DNA from: an uncultured Rikenellaceae bacterium
Lineage (GTDB): Bacteria; Bacteroidota; Bacteroidia; Bacteroidales; VadinHA17
Assembly: GCA_964396955.1 (NCBI GenBank)
Contig: CAYNGW010000001.1
Span: 1-45,085 of the forward strand
Length of the DNA: 45,085 nucleotides
Direction: 5' to 3'
Shown: one piece after another, positions 9,013 to 18,220 of the stretch
Layout: each line of letters starts with the position of its first letter
Numbering within the stretch: the first letter of the stretch is position 1
The notes under the pieces: generated by a model
What the model was told of the DNA's origin: nothing
The model's database searches: none
What the model saw: the letters and a program-made list of their open reading frames with translations, nothing else
Translations under genes and position numbers: made by a program

Positions 9013-9681
9013 TTGTCGCGCCGTTTTATTGGGACCGGAATAATAATCCGGCTGATAATTATTTTGAAGGCGCATCAAAACATAACAATTCTGCTGATTG
9101 TGCTGTTGTTTTGTTTCCAGCAAAATAATACGGCTCAGGATACTTTATCTGAAAAAAAACATCAAAAGCCTGTATTTAAGGCTGACCCTCAGAGAGCTAC
9201 AATGCTTGCATTGACTTTCCCGGGATTCGGACAGGTTTATAACAGGAAATACTGGAAAATACCACTGGTTTATGCTGGTTTCGGAGGACTTGCTTATGCT
9301 ATCGGCTACAATTCCTCACGATATACCACATATATGAAAGCATACCAGGATTATACAGACAATATACCTGAAACTGATTCCTACCTGGAGCTCCTGTACT
9401 TTGCCAATCCTGAAGATTATGATCCTGTCCTTCATCCTGATGTATATGCACATTACAAGGAACAGATGCTCAATGGGATTGATGGCTATAAGAAATACCG
9501 TGATCTTTCGTATATCGGCATTGCAGTGTGGTACCTTGTTACAGTGCTGGATGCAAATGTCGATGCCAGTCTTTTTAATTATGATATAAGCGACAACCTG
9601 GATCTTGAAGTCACGTCAGTGAAGTTGCCTTTGTCAGGTGCAGGTGTTGGCCTGAATGTTAGTATGATAGTGACTTTTTAA
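9013..9681 (+). CDS. DUF5683-like membrane protein
   Basis: The segment ALTFPGFGQVYNRKYWKIPLVYAGFGGLAYAIGYN and its position after parB match this Bacteroidota family (name from memory). Start is uncertain: 9013 is a TTG, and an in-frame TTG at 9064 would give a cleaner signal-like N-terminus (MKAHQNITILLIVLLFCF). Confidence 0.6.
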   Translation: MSRRFIGTGIIIRLIIILKAHQNITILLIVLLFCFQQNNTAQDTLSEKKHQKPVFKADPQRATMLALTFPGFGQVYNRKYWKIPLVYAGFGGLAYAIGYNSSRYTTYMKAYQDYTDNIPETDSYLELLYFANPEDYDPVLHPDVYAHYKEQMLNGIDGYKKYRDLSYIGIAVWYLVTVLDANVDASLFNYDISDNLDLEVTSVKLPLSGAGVGLNVSMIVTF

Positions 9682-9689
9682 ATAAATGA

Positions 9690-11237
9690 ATGATGAGAAT
9701 TAAAGTATTACCGGCAATCCTCTTTCTGCTTATTATCTGTAACAGGGCATTTCCGGCTTCCGACACAATAATCATTAAATCGGATATAAACGCTGAGAAA
9801 ATCTCTGCCGACCTCGACAGCCTGGTAAACTGCTGGTATGTCAGGATGGCTCTGCTGAACAATCCGGAAACCTTTTCTGATGATACGGCAGGAGTTCAAT
9901 ACCCTGATTCAGTGTATGAAAACAGGCTGAGCAAAATTAATTCTATAATCAAGCTTAAATATAACAGCATTATCAGGAACCATATCCATGTTTATACAAT
10001 CAAGCAAAGAGATAAATTCAGCATTGTCCTGGGATTAAAGGATTATTATTTCCCGATGATTGAGGATATTTTTGACTCCTACGGATTGCCGGCAGAGCTG
10101 AAATACATGGCAGTGATAGAATCGGCATTGAATCCAAATGCCGTGTCTCCGGCAGGTGCAACGGGACTGTGGCAGTTTATGTACAGTACGGGAAGGTTTT
10201 ATGGTCTTACAATTAATTCAGTAGTGGATGAACGCAGGGACCCTGTCAAATCTACCCATGCGGCAGCAAAATATATAAAAGACCTGTACAATATTTACAA
10301 TGACTGGATCCTTGTGATCGCAGCATATAATTGCGGTCCGGGTAATGTAAATAAGGCGATCCGCAGATCAGGAAATAAGAAAGACTACTGGGAGATATTT
10401 TACAGGCTTCCGAGGGAAACAAGAGGTTATATCCCTCAGTATGTTGCAGCAACTTATGGCATTAATTACTATGCGGAGCATAATATCAGGCCTTTACCAT
10501 TGAATATTCCGAGTGCAACCGATACAATAATGATAAATAAGGATATTCATCTTGCCCAGATATCGGAAGTGATGAAAATACCGTATGGAGAGCTCCGCGC
10601 ACTGAATCCTCAGTACAGGACAGGCCTTGTTCCGGGCTCATCCAAACCGCTTGCACTGACATTACCCATGAGCCATCTTGGTGATTTTATTGATCTGAAT
10701 GATACCATAAGAAGTTATAAACCTGATGTTTATCTGAATAGTGCTACCAGGATCGCAGATCCTTCAAGATCGACTTATGTACCGGCAGATATCAAAGGGA
10801 AAACCAAACTGTTCTATACTGTTAAAGAGGGCGATAATCTGGGATATATCTCAGAATGGTACCATGTGGGATTATCAGAATTGAGGTACTGGAATAATAT
10901 CTACAGGAATACCATTCGTATAGGACAGAAGCTGGCGATGTATGTTGATCCCTCAAAATCGGAATACTTTTCGAAAGTCAATTCAATGTCATTTGCGGAG
11001 AAGCAGCAAATGAATGGAAAAACTGTTCCAGCCAATACATCGGCTGCCAAAAATTCAATACCAACACAAACCGACGGAGATTATATCACATATACGGTGC
11101 GGTCAGGCGATACAATCTGGGATATTGTGAAACTGTTTGACAATGTTACGACCACCGATGTGCTTACTTTAAATAATATCTCCGATCCTGATAAAATTCA
11201 GGTTGGACAGGTACTTAAAATTAAAAAGAAGAGCTGA
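9690..11237 (+). CDS. lytic murein transglycosylase with two C-terminal LysM domains (MltD-like)
   Basis: SLT catalytic region (VIESALNPNAVSPAGATGLWQFM ... AAYNCGPGNV). Two LysM repeats (YTVKEGDNLGYISEWYHVGLSELRYWNNI and YTVRSGDTIWDIVKLF...LNNISDPDKIQVGQVLKI). N-terminal signal peptide. Confidence 0.85.
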   Translation: MMRIKVLPAILFLLIICNRAFPASDTIIIKSDINAEKISADLDSLVNCWYVRMALLNNPETFSDDTAGVQYPDSVYENRLSKINSIIKLKYNSIIRNHIHVYTIKQRDKFSIVLGLKDYYFPMIEDIFDSYGLPAELKYMAVIESALNPNAVSPAGATGLWQFMYSTGRFYGLTINSVVDERRDPVKSTHAAAKYIKDLYNIYNDWILVIAAYNCGPGNVNKAIRRSGNKKDYWEIFYRLPRETRGYIPQYVAATYGINYYAEHNIRPLPLNIPSATDTIMINKDIHLAQISEVMKIPYGELRALNPQYRTGLVPGSSKPLALTLPMSHLGDFIDLNDTIRSYKPDVYLNSATRIADPSRSTYVPADIKGKTKLFYTVKEGDNLGYISEWYHVGLSELRYWNNIYRNTIRIGQKLAMYVDPSKSEYFSKVNSMSFAEKQQMNGKTVPANTSAAKNSIPTQTDGDYITYTVRSGDTIWDIVKLFDNVTTTDVLTLNNISDPDKIQVGQVLKIKKKS

Positions 11238-11251
11238 TCCCTGACTGATAT

Positions 11252-14206
11252 ATGCGCCCTTTCAGGTCGTTCTTATTACTGTTGATCGTTATGGCCTGTC
11301 TTTCAGGCCTGTTTTATATTTTCCCGCACAGCAAACTATTTCCGTCATTAAATGAGTTTATCCCCGAATCACTCGTAAACAAGCTTACGGGTGTCAATGA
11401 AATGCACCAGGAGGCTGTTCTGGAACAGGTTACCAGCCCTTTTGCAGACGAAACTATTGCAGCAGATTCCATACCTGCAGAACCTCCCGATCCACTAGCC
11501 TCCTTCCTTGATTCACTAAAGAGAGGAAAAGGGCAGGTACGTATGATGTATTATGGCGATTCACAGATTGAGGGTGACCGTATTACATTCTATCTGAGGC
11601 AATTATTAAGAGGAGAAAGGGGAGGCAGCGGTCCGGGATTATTCCTCCCGTCAATGCCGGTAATGTATACCAAATCAATCTGGCTTAAATCATCCTCAGC
11701 CTGGGAAAGATATAATTCCATCTCTTACAGGAATGGCAGTCTGACTCATAACAGGCTCGGACCCTTCATGACCATCTGCAGATATTTGCCCGAAGATGTA
11801 ATTTCCCCTGCCCCGGTAAAGGCATTTGTCAGGATACGGCCTTCAGTTTTTGCCGACAGCGCTGTTGCGGAATTTGAAATACTGCGGCTGTTTTACACCA
11901 ATGCACAGGGGGAGGTCAGAATTACCATTAATGCAGATGATAATCAGGTGTTTACAGGTTCCCTGGAAAACGAAACGGGAGTAAATGAGATAAGAACCAG
12001 CCTGAATGGAGCAGATGACATAATGGTTGAATTTGAAGGAGGAACGAGTCCTGATGTATTTGGCATCAGCATTGAAAGCAAAGCAGGCGTAATTATTGAC
12101 AACATACCCAGGAGAGGCAGTGCCGGACTTGAATTTACACTGGTTGACAGGAGAAATCTGGAGGAGTCATTCAGGATGCTTTCACCCGACCTTATTATTC
12201 TTCACTACGGGTTGAACATTGTAAAGAATGTCAGGGAAGATTATTCATATTACAAGCAAGGTCTGTACAGGCAGCTTACCCTGCTTAAAGAGATTGCTCC
12301 CGGAACCCCGCTGCTGGTGATAGGTGTCACCGACATGGCAGCTGTTGAGGGTGACAGTATAGAATCATACGGGAATATTCCTGCAATAATCAATGCACAG
12401 AGAGAAGCGTCTTATGAAGCAGGAGCTGCTTTCTGGGATCCGTATGAAGCTATGGGAGGCCGCTCTTCAATCATTAAATGGGCGGGGAAAAAACCTCCCC
12501 TGGCCCAGACTGATTATGTACATTTTACCTATCCCGGTGCAGATACACTGTCGCAAATGCTTGCGGATGCTATGTTTAAATTCGGTGTTGAGGATACCCT
12601 GGCTTATGTCGAAGGTGCTGATACAATTTTTGTTCAGGATCAATCACCGGACAGCAAACTGGTTGAGGAAGTGAAAGAGACGAGGCTGGCGAAGTCTCTC
12701 CTCATACAGATATTCAGTTATGATGAGAATAAGCCATTCATTTTCACTGCCCCAGCATTCTGGATTTTCTTTATTATTGTGCTGGCAGGATATTGCCTGG
12801 TATACAAAAAACTGTTCCTCAGGCATTTCTATCTGCTGCTTGTAAGTCTTTTCTTCTATTATAAATCGGGAGGGCTATTCCTTTTCCTTCTGGTATTTGT
12901 CACCATAATTGATTATGCCTGCGGATTGCTGATATTTAATTCTAAGAAAAAGCCGGCAAAGAGGTTGTTTATACTTATCAGCATTTTATCAAACCTGGGT
13001 ATCCTGGCATATTTCAAATATACAGGCTTCCTTGTAGATTCAGTAAACGAGGTACTGGGGACCAGTTTCCAGGTTCATGATTTCCTTGCATCATTTTCAA
13101 ACAACCATCTTGGAACTGCTTTTAACATCAGCAGCATTATCCTGCCGGTAGGTATATCCTTTTTTACTTTCCAGTCGCTCAGTTATACTCTGGATGTTTA
13201 CAGGGGAAAGCTGAAGCCTGTAAGGAATATTGCTGACTTTGGATTTTATGTTTCATTTTTTCCGCAGCTTGTGGCTGGTCCGATTGTGAGGGCTTCCGAA
13301 TTTATCCCCCAGTTATACAGGGAATTCAGCCTGTCAAAAAGAGAATTCAGTCATGCATTGTTCCTCGTTTCAAAAGGGCTCATCAAAAAAATAATTATCT
13401 CCGATTTCATCGCGGTCAATTTTATTGACCGTGTTTTTGATCTCCCTTCGATATATTCCGGTTTTGAGAATCTGATGGCAATATACGGTTATGGACTTCA
13501 GATCTACTGTGATTTTTCGGGTTATACTGACATTGCCATCGGTCTGGCATTGATACTTGGTTTCAGGCTTCCTGTCAATTTCAACTCACCTTATAAAGCT
13601 GCAGGTATTAATGATTTCTGGAAACGGTGGCATATTTCTCTTTCGAGATGGCTGAAGGATTATCTGTATATAACGCTCGGAGGGAACAGAAAAGGAAAGA
13701 TCAGGACCGGTATAAACCTGATGATCACCATGTTGCTTGGTGGCTTATGGCACGGAGCCGCATTAAGGTTCGTTATCTGGGGAGGCCTTCATGGTATAGG
13801 GCTGGTAATAAACAGGATATGGAATTCAATTTTTGGCAGCCGCTTGAAACAGGGTCGTTTCGGAAGAGCAATAGCAGTTTTCATAACGTTCAATTTCGTA
13901 AGCTTTTGCTGGATATTTTTCAGGTCACCGGATATGGACAGTGCAATGCTTATGCTCACTCAGATAGCAGAAAATTTCTCCCCCGGATCATATATGACCG
14001 TTATACCGGCTTATGCCAGTGTTTTTCTATTGATGATCACAGGTTATATTATACATTTCCTGCCGGAGAAAGTAAAGGAATCTTACAGAGGATTATTCAT
14101 AAAGATGCCTCTGATCGCCCAGGTTATTGTAATAATGTTTATTGCGGTCCTGTTGTTGCGGATGAGAACAACAGATATCATGCCCTTTATTTATTTCAGG
14201 TTTTAA
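11252..14206 (+). CDS. fusion protein: N-terminal membrane-anchored SGNH/GDSL-like domain plus C-terminal MBOAT O-acyltransferase (AlgI/DltB/PatA-like)
   Basis: One uninterrupted 984-aa ORF. SGNH blocks: MMYYGDSQIEGD (I), NIPRRGSAG (II), ILHYGLNIV (III), TDYVHFT (V), with about 170 aa inserted between blocks I and II. From about residue 495 there are 10+ TM helices with the MBOAT histidine context FWKRWHISLSRWLKDYLYITLGGNR. Confidence 0.8.
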   Translation: MRPFRSFLLLLIVMACLSGLFYIFPHSKLFPSLNEFIPESLVNKLTGVNEMHQEAVLEQVTSPFADETIAADSIPAEPPDPLASFLDSLKRGKGQVRMMYYGDSQIEGDRITFYLRQLLRGERGGSGPGLFLPSMPVMYTKSIWLKSSSAWERYNSISYRNGSLTHNRLGPFMTICRYLPEDVISPAPVKAFVRIRPSVFADSAVAEFEILRLFYTNAQGEVRITINADDNQVFTGSLENETGVNEIRTSLNGADDIMVEFEGGTSPDVFGISIESKAGVIIDNIPRRGSAGLEFTLVDRRNLEESFRMLSPDLIILHYGLNIVKNVREDYSYYKQGLYRQLTLLKEIAPGTPLLVIGVTDMAAVEGDSIESYGNIPAIINAQREASYEAGAAFWDPYEAMGGRSSIIKWAGKKPPLAQTDYVHFTYPGADTLSQMLADAMFKFGVEDTLAYVEGADTIFVQDQSPDSKLVEEVKETRLAKSLLIQIFSYDENKPFIFTAPAFWIFFIIVLAGYCLVYKKLFLRHFYLLLVSLFFYYKSGGLFLFLLVFVTIIDYACGLLIFNSKKKPAKRLFILISILSNLGILAYFKYTGFLVDSVNEVLGTSFQVHDFLASFSNNHLGTAFNISSIILPVGISFFTFQSLSYTLDVYRGKLKPVRNIADFGFYVSFFPQLVAGPIVRASEFIPQLYREFSLSKREFSHALFLVSKGLIKKIIISDFIAVNFIDRVFDLPSIYSGFENLMAIYGYGLQIYCDFSGYTDIAIGLALILGFRLPVNFNSPYKAAGINDFWKRWHISLSRWLKDYLYITLGGNRKGKIRTGINLMITMLLGGLWHGAALRFVIWGGLHGIGLVINRIWNSIFGSRLKQGRFGRAIAVFITFNFVSFCWIFFRSPDMDSAMLMLTQIAENFSPGSYMTVIPAYASVFLLMITGYIIHFLPEKVKESYRGLFIKMPLIAQVIVIMFIAVLLLRMRTTDIMPFIYFRF

Positions 14207-14241
14207 GACCGGCACTCGGCTACCGGCGATCGGCTTAAGGT
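14207..14241. repeat. heptad array nnnCGGC x4-5, filling the whole spacer between the convergent MBOAT-fusion and hydF genes
   Basis: gaccggc / actcggc / taccggc / gatcggc / ttaaggt. It starts on the nucleotide after the stop at 14206 and ends 2 nt before the hydF stop. Confidence 0.75.
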
Positions 14242-14242
14242 A

Positions 14243-15472
14243 TTACAGATAAGTTTCCCTGTTGTTATTATCTGACACAAACAGTGCAATAGCCCTTTTA
14301 TAAATACCCTGAACATAAGCAATAGCCATCCCATAATTGGTTATCGGAATACCTGCCTTCACCGCAGGCTGGAGCCTGTTATGAAGCTGCCTCCTGGTTA
14401 TCATGCATCCGCCGCACTGGATGACAAGAGCATAATCAGTAATTGGCCGCGGTAGAGTATCCAGGCCGGCGACAATATCAAATTCAATCTTCTTTCCTGT
14501 AAAGTTTGTTATCCATCTCGGTATTTTTGTTCTTCCGATATCATCGCAGGCAATATGATGAGTACATGATTCCAGGATAAGCACCCTGTCGCCGTCATTC
14601 AGTTCAGAAATTTTCGGTGTTCCTTTCAGGTAATTATCAAAATCGCCCTTGAACCTGGCGAGCATTATGCTGAAGCTTGTCAGGGGTATTTCCGGTGGGA
14701 TGGAAGCGTCAGCTTTTACAAAAACCTGAGAATCGGTGATTGCCAGGGCAGGCTTTATCCCTGTTTTTTTAAGGAATGCATCAACTTCCCTTTCCTTCAT
14801 TACTATTGCAACTGCATCATTATCAAGAATATCCCGTATAGCCTGTACCTGTGGGAGAATCAATCTACCAGCCGGAGCTTCAACATCGATGGGTGTGATC
14901 AGGATCACTATATCGCCGTAGTTGATCAGATCTCCAAGGAGCGCCGGGGTTTTATACGAATGTTCCGGAATGGTGATCCTGATAAGATTGATAAGATCTT
15001 CAAAATTACGCTTATCGACAACAGAAAACTCAAAAAGCTCTGCCCCGGTCTTCTTTTTCACCTCTTCCCTGAAACGCTTAGTGGGTTCATTTATATCTGA
15101 TTTATTGTGAATTACAATAAAGGGTATATCCTGTTCATGGAATTTAACGATCAGATTATCTTCAAACTTGCCCCAGGAATTCCCGGTAACAACAAGCAAT
15201 GCCAGATCAATTATATCCAGTGTTCTGATTGTCCTTTCAACTCTTTTATGACCAAGATCTCCGGTATCGTCGATACCACCTGTATCCACAAGAACAACAG
15301 GGCCAAATCCGGTTATTTCAAATGATTTTTTAACAGGATCCGTGGTTGTCCCCGGATGATCTGAGATTATTGCAATATCCTGACCTGCAAGGCAGTTTAT
15401 CAGGCTGCTTTTACCATAATTACGGCGGCCATAAATTCCAATATGTGGTTTTGATTCTCTGCCTTTTGACAT
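14243..15472 (-). CDS. hydF: [FeFe]-hydrogenase maturation GTPase HydF-like
   Basis: G-domain motifs (GRRNYGKSSLINCLAG, DTGGIDD, NKSD). C-terminal cluster-binding pattern ESCTHH ... QCGGCM (CxH...CxxC). The start is set at ATG 15472, because the longer ORF-track start would overlap the upstream gene. Confidence 0.8.
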   Translation of the reverse strand: MSKGRESKPHIGIYGRRNYGKSSLINCLAGQDIAIISDHPGTTTDPVKKSFEITGFGPVVLVDTGGIDDTGDLGHKRVERTIRTLDIIDLALLVVTGNSWGKFEDNLIVKFHEQDIPFIVIHNKSDINEPTKRFREEVKKKTGAELFEFSVVDKRNFEDLINLIRITIPEHSYKTPALLGDLINYGDIVILITPIDVEAPAGRLILPQVQAIRDILDNDAVAIVMKEREVDAFLKKTGIKPALAITDSQVFVKADASIPPEIPLTSFSIMLARFKGDFDNYLKGTPKISELNDGDRVLILESCTHHIACDDIGRTKIPRWITNFTGKKIEFDIVAGLDTLPRPITDYALVIQCGGCMITRRQLHNRLQPAVKAGIPITNYGMAIAYVQGIYKRAIALFVSDNNNRETYL

Positions 15473-15485
15473 AGTCTGAGTCTCG

Positions 15486-16931
15486 TTATTTGATTTCCAG
15501 ATCATCAAGGGAGAAGCCCAGCTTAAGAAGGTTCCCGGGTTGAAGGATGAATTTGAGCTTCCGGTCATCAATAAACTTGAGAATTGAGTTTGCTTCCAGA
15601 ATATCAATCTTCTTATCCTTCATAAGTTTTGCAATTTCAGATGCTTTATGGTAACCTATATGCGGAGTCAGAGCAGTGGTTACGGATGGACTGTGCATTA
15701 ATTCATTATAGCCTGCTGTTTCATTGATTTTCAATCCGGTAATCAGGTTGTCCAGCAGTGTCATGTTGCATGATATCAGCAGGTTAATACTCTCAATCAG
15801 TGAACAGCCAATGGCAGGCAGGTATGCATTTAACTCCAGGGCTCCCTGCCCGCTTAATGAACTGATAAGGACATCGTTGGAATATACTTTATGTACAGCT
15901 GAGATCACAAATTCAGGTATTACCGGATTTATTTTCCCGGGCATTATTGAGCTTCCGACCTGTTTTTCCGGTATTGAAATGGTTTTATGGTATGCAATAT
16001 CTGAAGCGAGCAGCCTGAGGTCGCCCGACATCTTTTCAAGGTTAACTGCATGTGCTTTCAGCGTGGAGTGGATCTCTACCCATTTATCAAGGTTTGATGT
16101 TGCATCTGCAAGGTTTTCACTGTGTGATAGCTGCAGACCTGTGATTGAACGCAGCTCAGGAACTATTTCCATTATAAAGAAACGGGGAATGGCTATTCCG
16201 GTACCGATCGCTCCGCCACCCATGTTTATCAGCTTGATTCTTTCAAAACATTTTGACACTCTCCACCAGTCGCGTGAAAGTGCTTCGTTATATGTGCTGA
16301 ACAGAAGTCCGAATGATGAAGGGACTGCCTCCTGAAGTTGTGTATACCCGGGACGAAGCCTATCCCTGTTTTCTCTTTCATGTCCTTCTATTTTCTGCCT
16401 CAGGTCATTGATCGCATTTTCAAGCAATTGCAAAAGTCTCATTACAGCTATTGTAAGAGCTGTAGGGATAACATCATTTGTTGACTGGTATATATTTGCG
16501 TGTTCGGTTGGATCAATATAAGAGTAATTGCCACACTTATTACCTGTTTTCAGCAGAGCAATGTTCGTAATTATCTCATTGATGTTCATATTGATGCTGG
16601 TTCCTGCGCCGCCCTGAACAGCCGGAATTATAAAATGATCAAAGTGCTTTCCCTCTGCTATTTCATTAGCGGCAGAGATCAACACATCGAATATTTTGTT
16701 ATCAATTCTTTTAAAGGGGAGGTTTTCTACTGATTTCTGACTAACAGCCTCGAAGAATCTTTTACAGGTATTATAACAGGCTAGTTTGGTGATACCCACT
16801 GCCCGGTACCATTCTACCGGGAAAAGTGAATTGTCCGGGAAGTTTTCCTTAGCCCGCAGTGCATGGATCCCGTAAAGCGCATCTTCGGGGATCTGCTTTT
16901 CTCCTAATTTATCTTTTTCAGTGCGGTACAC
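15486..16931 (-). CDS. aspartate ammonia-lyase family protein (class II fumarase/aspartase superfamily)
   Basis: Signature GSSIMPGKINP. QSTNDVIPTA. GYTQLQEAVP has Gln where fumarases have His, which is aspartase-like. 481 aa. Confidence 0.8.
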   Translation of the reverse strand: MYRTEKDKLGEKQIPEDALYGIHALRAKENFPDNSLFPVEWYRAVGITKLACYNTCKRFFEAVSQKSVENLPFKRIDNKIFDVLISAANEIAEGKHFDHFIIPAVQGGAGTSINMNINEIITNIALLKTGNKCGNYSYIDPTEHANIYQSTNDVIPTALTIAVMRLLQLLENAINDLRQKIEGHERENRDRLRPGYTQLQEAVPSSFGLLFSTYNEALSRDWWRVSKCFERIKLINMGGGAIGTGIAIPRFFIMEIVPELRSITGLQLSHSENLADATSNLDKWVEIHSTLKAHAVNLEKMSGDLRLLASDIAYHKTISIPEKQVGSSIMPGKINPVIPEFVISAVHKVYSNDVLISSLSGQGALELNAYLPAIGCSLIESINLLISCNMTLLDNLITGLKINETAGYNELMHSPSVTTALTPHIGYHKASEIAKLMKDKKIDILEANSILKFIDDRKLKFILQPGNLLKLGFSLDDLEIK

Positions 16932-16937
16932 AGAGCA

Positions 16938-18113
16938 TTAAATATTGGAACCGGAGACGGGTCTTGCATAAACAACGACATCTGCCCCGGTAATTTCATC
17001 TTTGCAGAGGATAATCATCCTTTCAAGGACATTCCGGAATTCCCTTATGTTGCCTGTCCATACTATCTTCTGCAACTCCTTTAGAGCATCCGGCCTGATG
17101 GTTTTCTTACTCATTCCGTATTCCTTGCAGATTACTGAATTAAAATGGTCTGCAAGGAGCGGGATATCCTCTTCGCGTTCATTGAGGGTAGGAACATGGA
17201 TAAGAATTACGCTCAGACGGTGATACAAGTCTTCCCTGAATCCGTTCTTTTCTATTTCATGCTTGATATTCTTATTGGTGGCAGTAATAATTCTCACGTT
17301 CACCTGGATGTCCTTATCGGAGCCTACTCTTGTTATCCTGTTCTCCTGGAGGGCCCTGAGTACTTTAGCCTGGGCAGACAGGCTCATATCGCCTATCTCA
17401 TCAAGAAAAAGAGTGCCACCGTTTGCCTGTTCGAATTTGCCGATACGCTGTTTTATAGCTGAGGTAAAAGAACCTTTTTCGTGACCAAATAACTCACTCT
17501 CAATAAGTTCTGATGGAATGGCGGCACAATTGACTTCGACGAATGGTCCCTTTGCCCTGCTGCTTTTCTCGTGTATCTGATGTGCCACCAGCTCTTTCCC
17601 TGTTCCGTTTGCACCGGTGATCAGGATTCTTGCCTCGGTAGAAGCAACCCTGTCAATCATCTCCTTAACCCTCATGATAGACTCAGATTCTCCGACTATC
17701 TCATACATTTTGCTGACCTTATTCTTAAGGACCTGTGTCTGGGTAATAAGGGTTGATTTATCCGTGGCATTACGGATGGTGATCAATAGCCTGTTAAGGT
17801 CGAGAGGTTTTTCAAGAAAGTCGTAAGCTCCCTTCTTTATGGCGTCAACGGCTGTATCAATATTCCCATGGCCTGAGATCATAACAACAGGAGTGACTGT
17901 TGACATATCGGTTATCTTCTGGAGAACTTCGATACCATCCATTTTCTGCATTTTAATATCGCACAGGACAATATCATATGTGTTGGAAGAGAAAAGTTCA
18001 ATTCCAGTCGGGCCGTCTTCAGCAAGATCTACCTCATGCTTCTCGTATTCCAGAACTTCCTTAAGGGTGTTCCGGATAGCTTTTTCATCGTCTATAACTA
18101 AGATTTTTGACAT
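16938..18113 (-). CDS. sigma-54-dependent response regulator (receiver + AAA+ activator) lacking a C-terminal DNA-binding domain
   Basis: Receiver domain (ILVIDDE...VLCDIKMQKMDG...EKP). Walker A GANGTGKE, Walker B LFLDEIG, sigma-54 contact loop ELFGHEKGSFTSA, and WTGNIREFRNVLER. The protein ends about 25 aa after that motif (391 aa), so no Fis-type HTH is present. Confidence 0.88.
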   Translation of the reverse strand: MSKILVIDDEKAIRNTLKEVLEYEKHEVDLAEDGPTGIELFSSNTYDIVLCDIKMQKMDGIEVLQKITDMSTVTPVVMISGHGNIDTAVDAIKKGAYDFLEKPLDLNRLLITIRNATDKSTLITQTQVLKNKVSKMYEIVGESESIMRVKEMIDRVASTEARILITGANGTGKELVAHQIHEKSSRAKGPFVEVNCAAIPSELIESELFGHEKGSFTSAIKQRIGKFEQANGGTLFLDEIGDMSLSAQAKVLRALQENRITRVGSDKDIQVNVRIITATNKNIKHEIEKNGFREDLYHRLSVILIHVPTLNEREEDIPLLADHFNSVICKEYGMSKKTIRPDALKELQKIVWTGNIREFRNVLERMIILCKDEITGADVVVYARPVSGSNI

Positions 18114-18143
18114 ATCTTATAATTGGAAGTTACTTATTTTGTT

Positions 18144-18220
18144 AAGAGGCGACAGGCATCAGGCAACAGGCTACAGGGAATAAACACCTGACGCCTGAAG
18201 CCCGACGCCTGAAGCCTATC
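18144..18220. repeat. two inverted heptad arrays (nnCAGGC x5, a 7-nt spacer, GCCTGnn x5) forming a segmented hairpin
   Basis: aagaggc / gacaggc / atcaggc / aacaggc / tacaggg, spacer aataaac, then acctgac / gcctgaa / gcccgac / gcctgaa / gcctatc. Exactly 11 heptads. The right arm overlaps the stop and last codon of the ABC permease. Confidence 0.85.
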
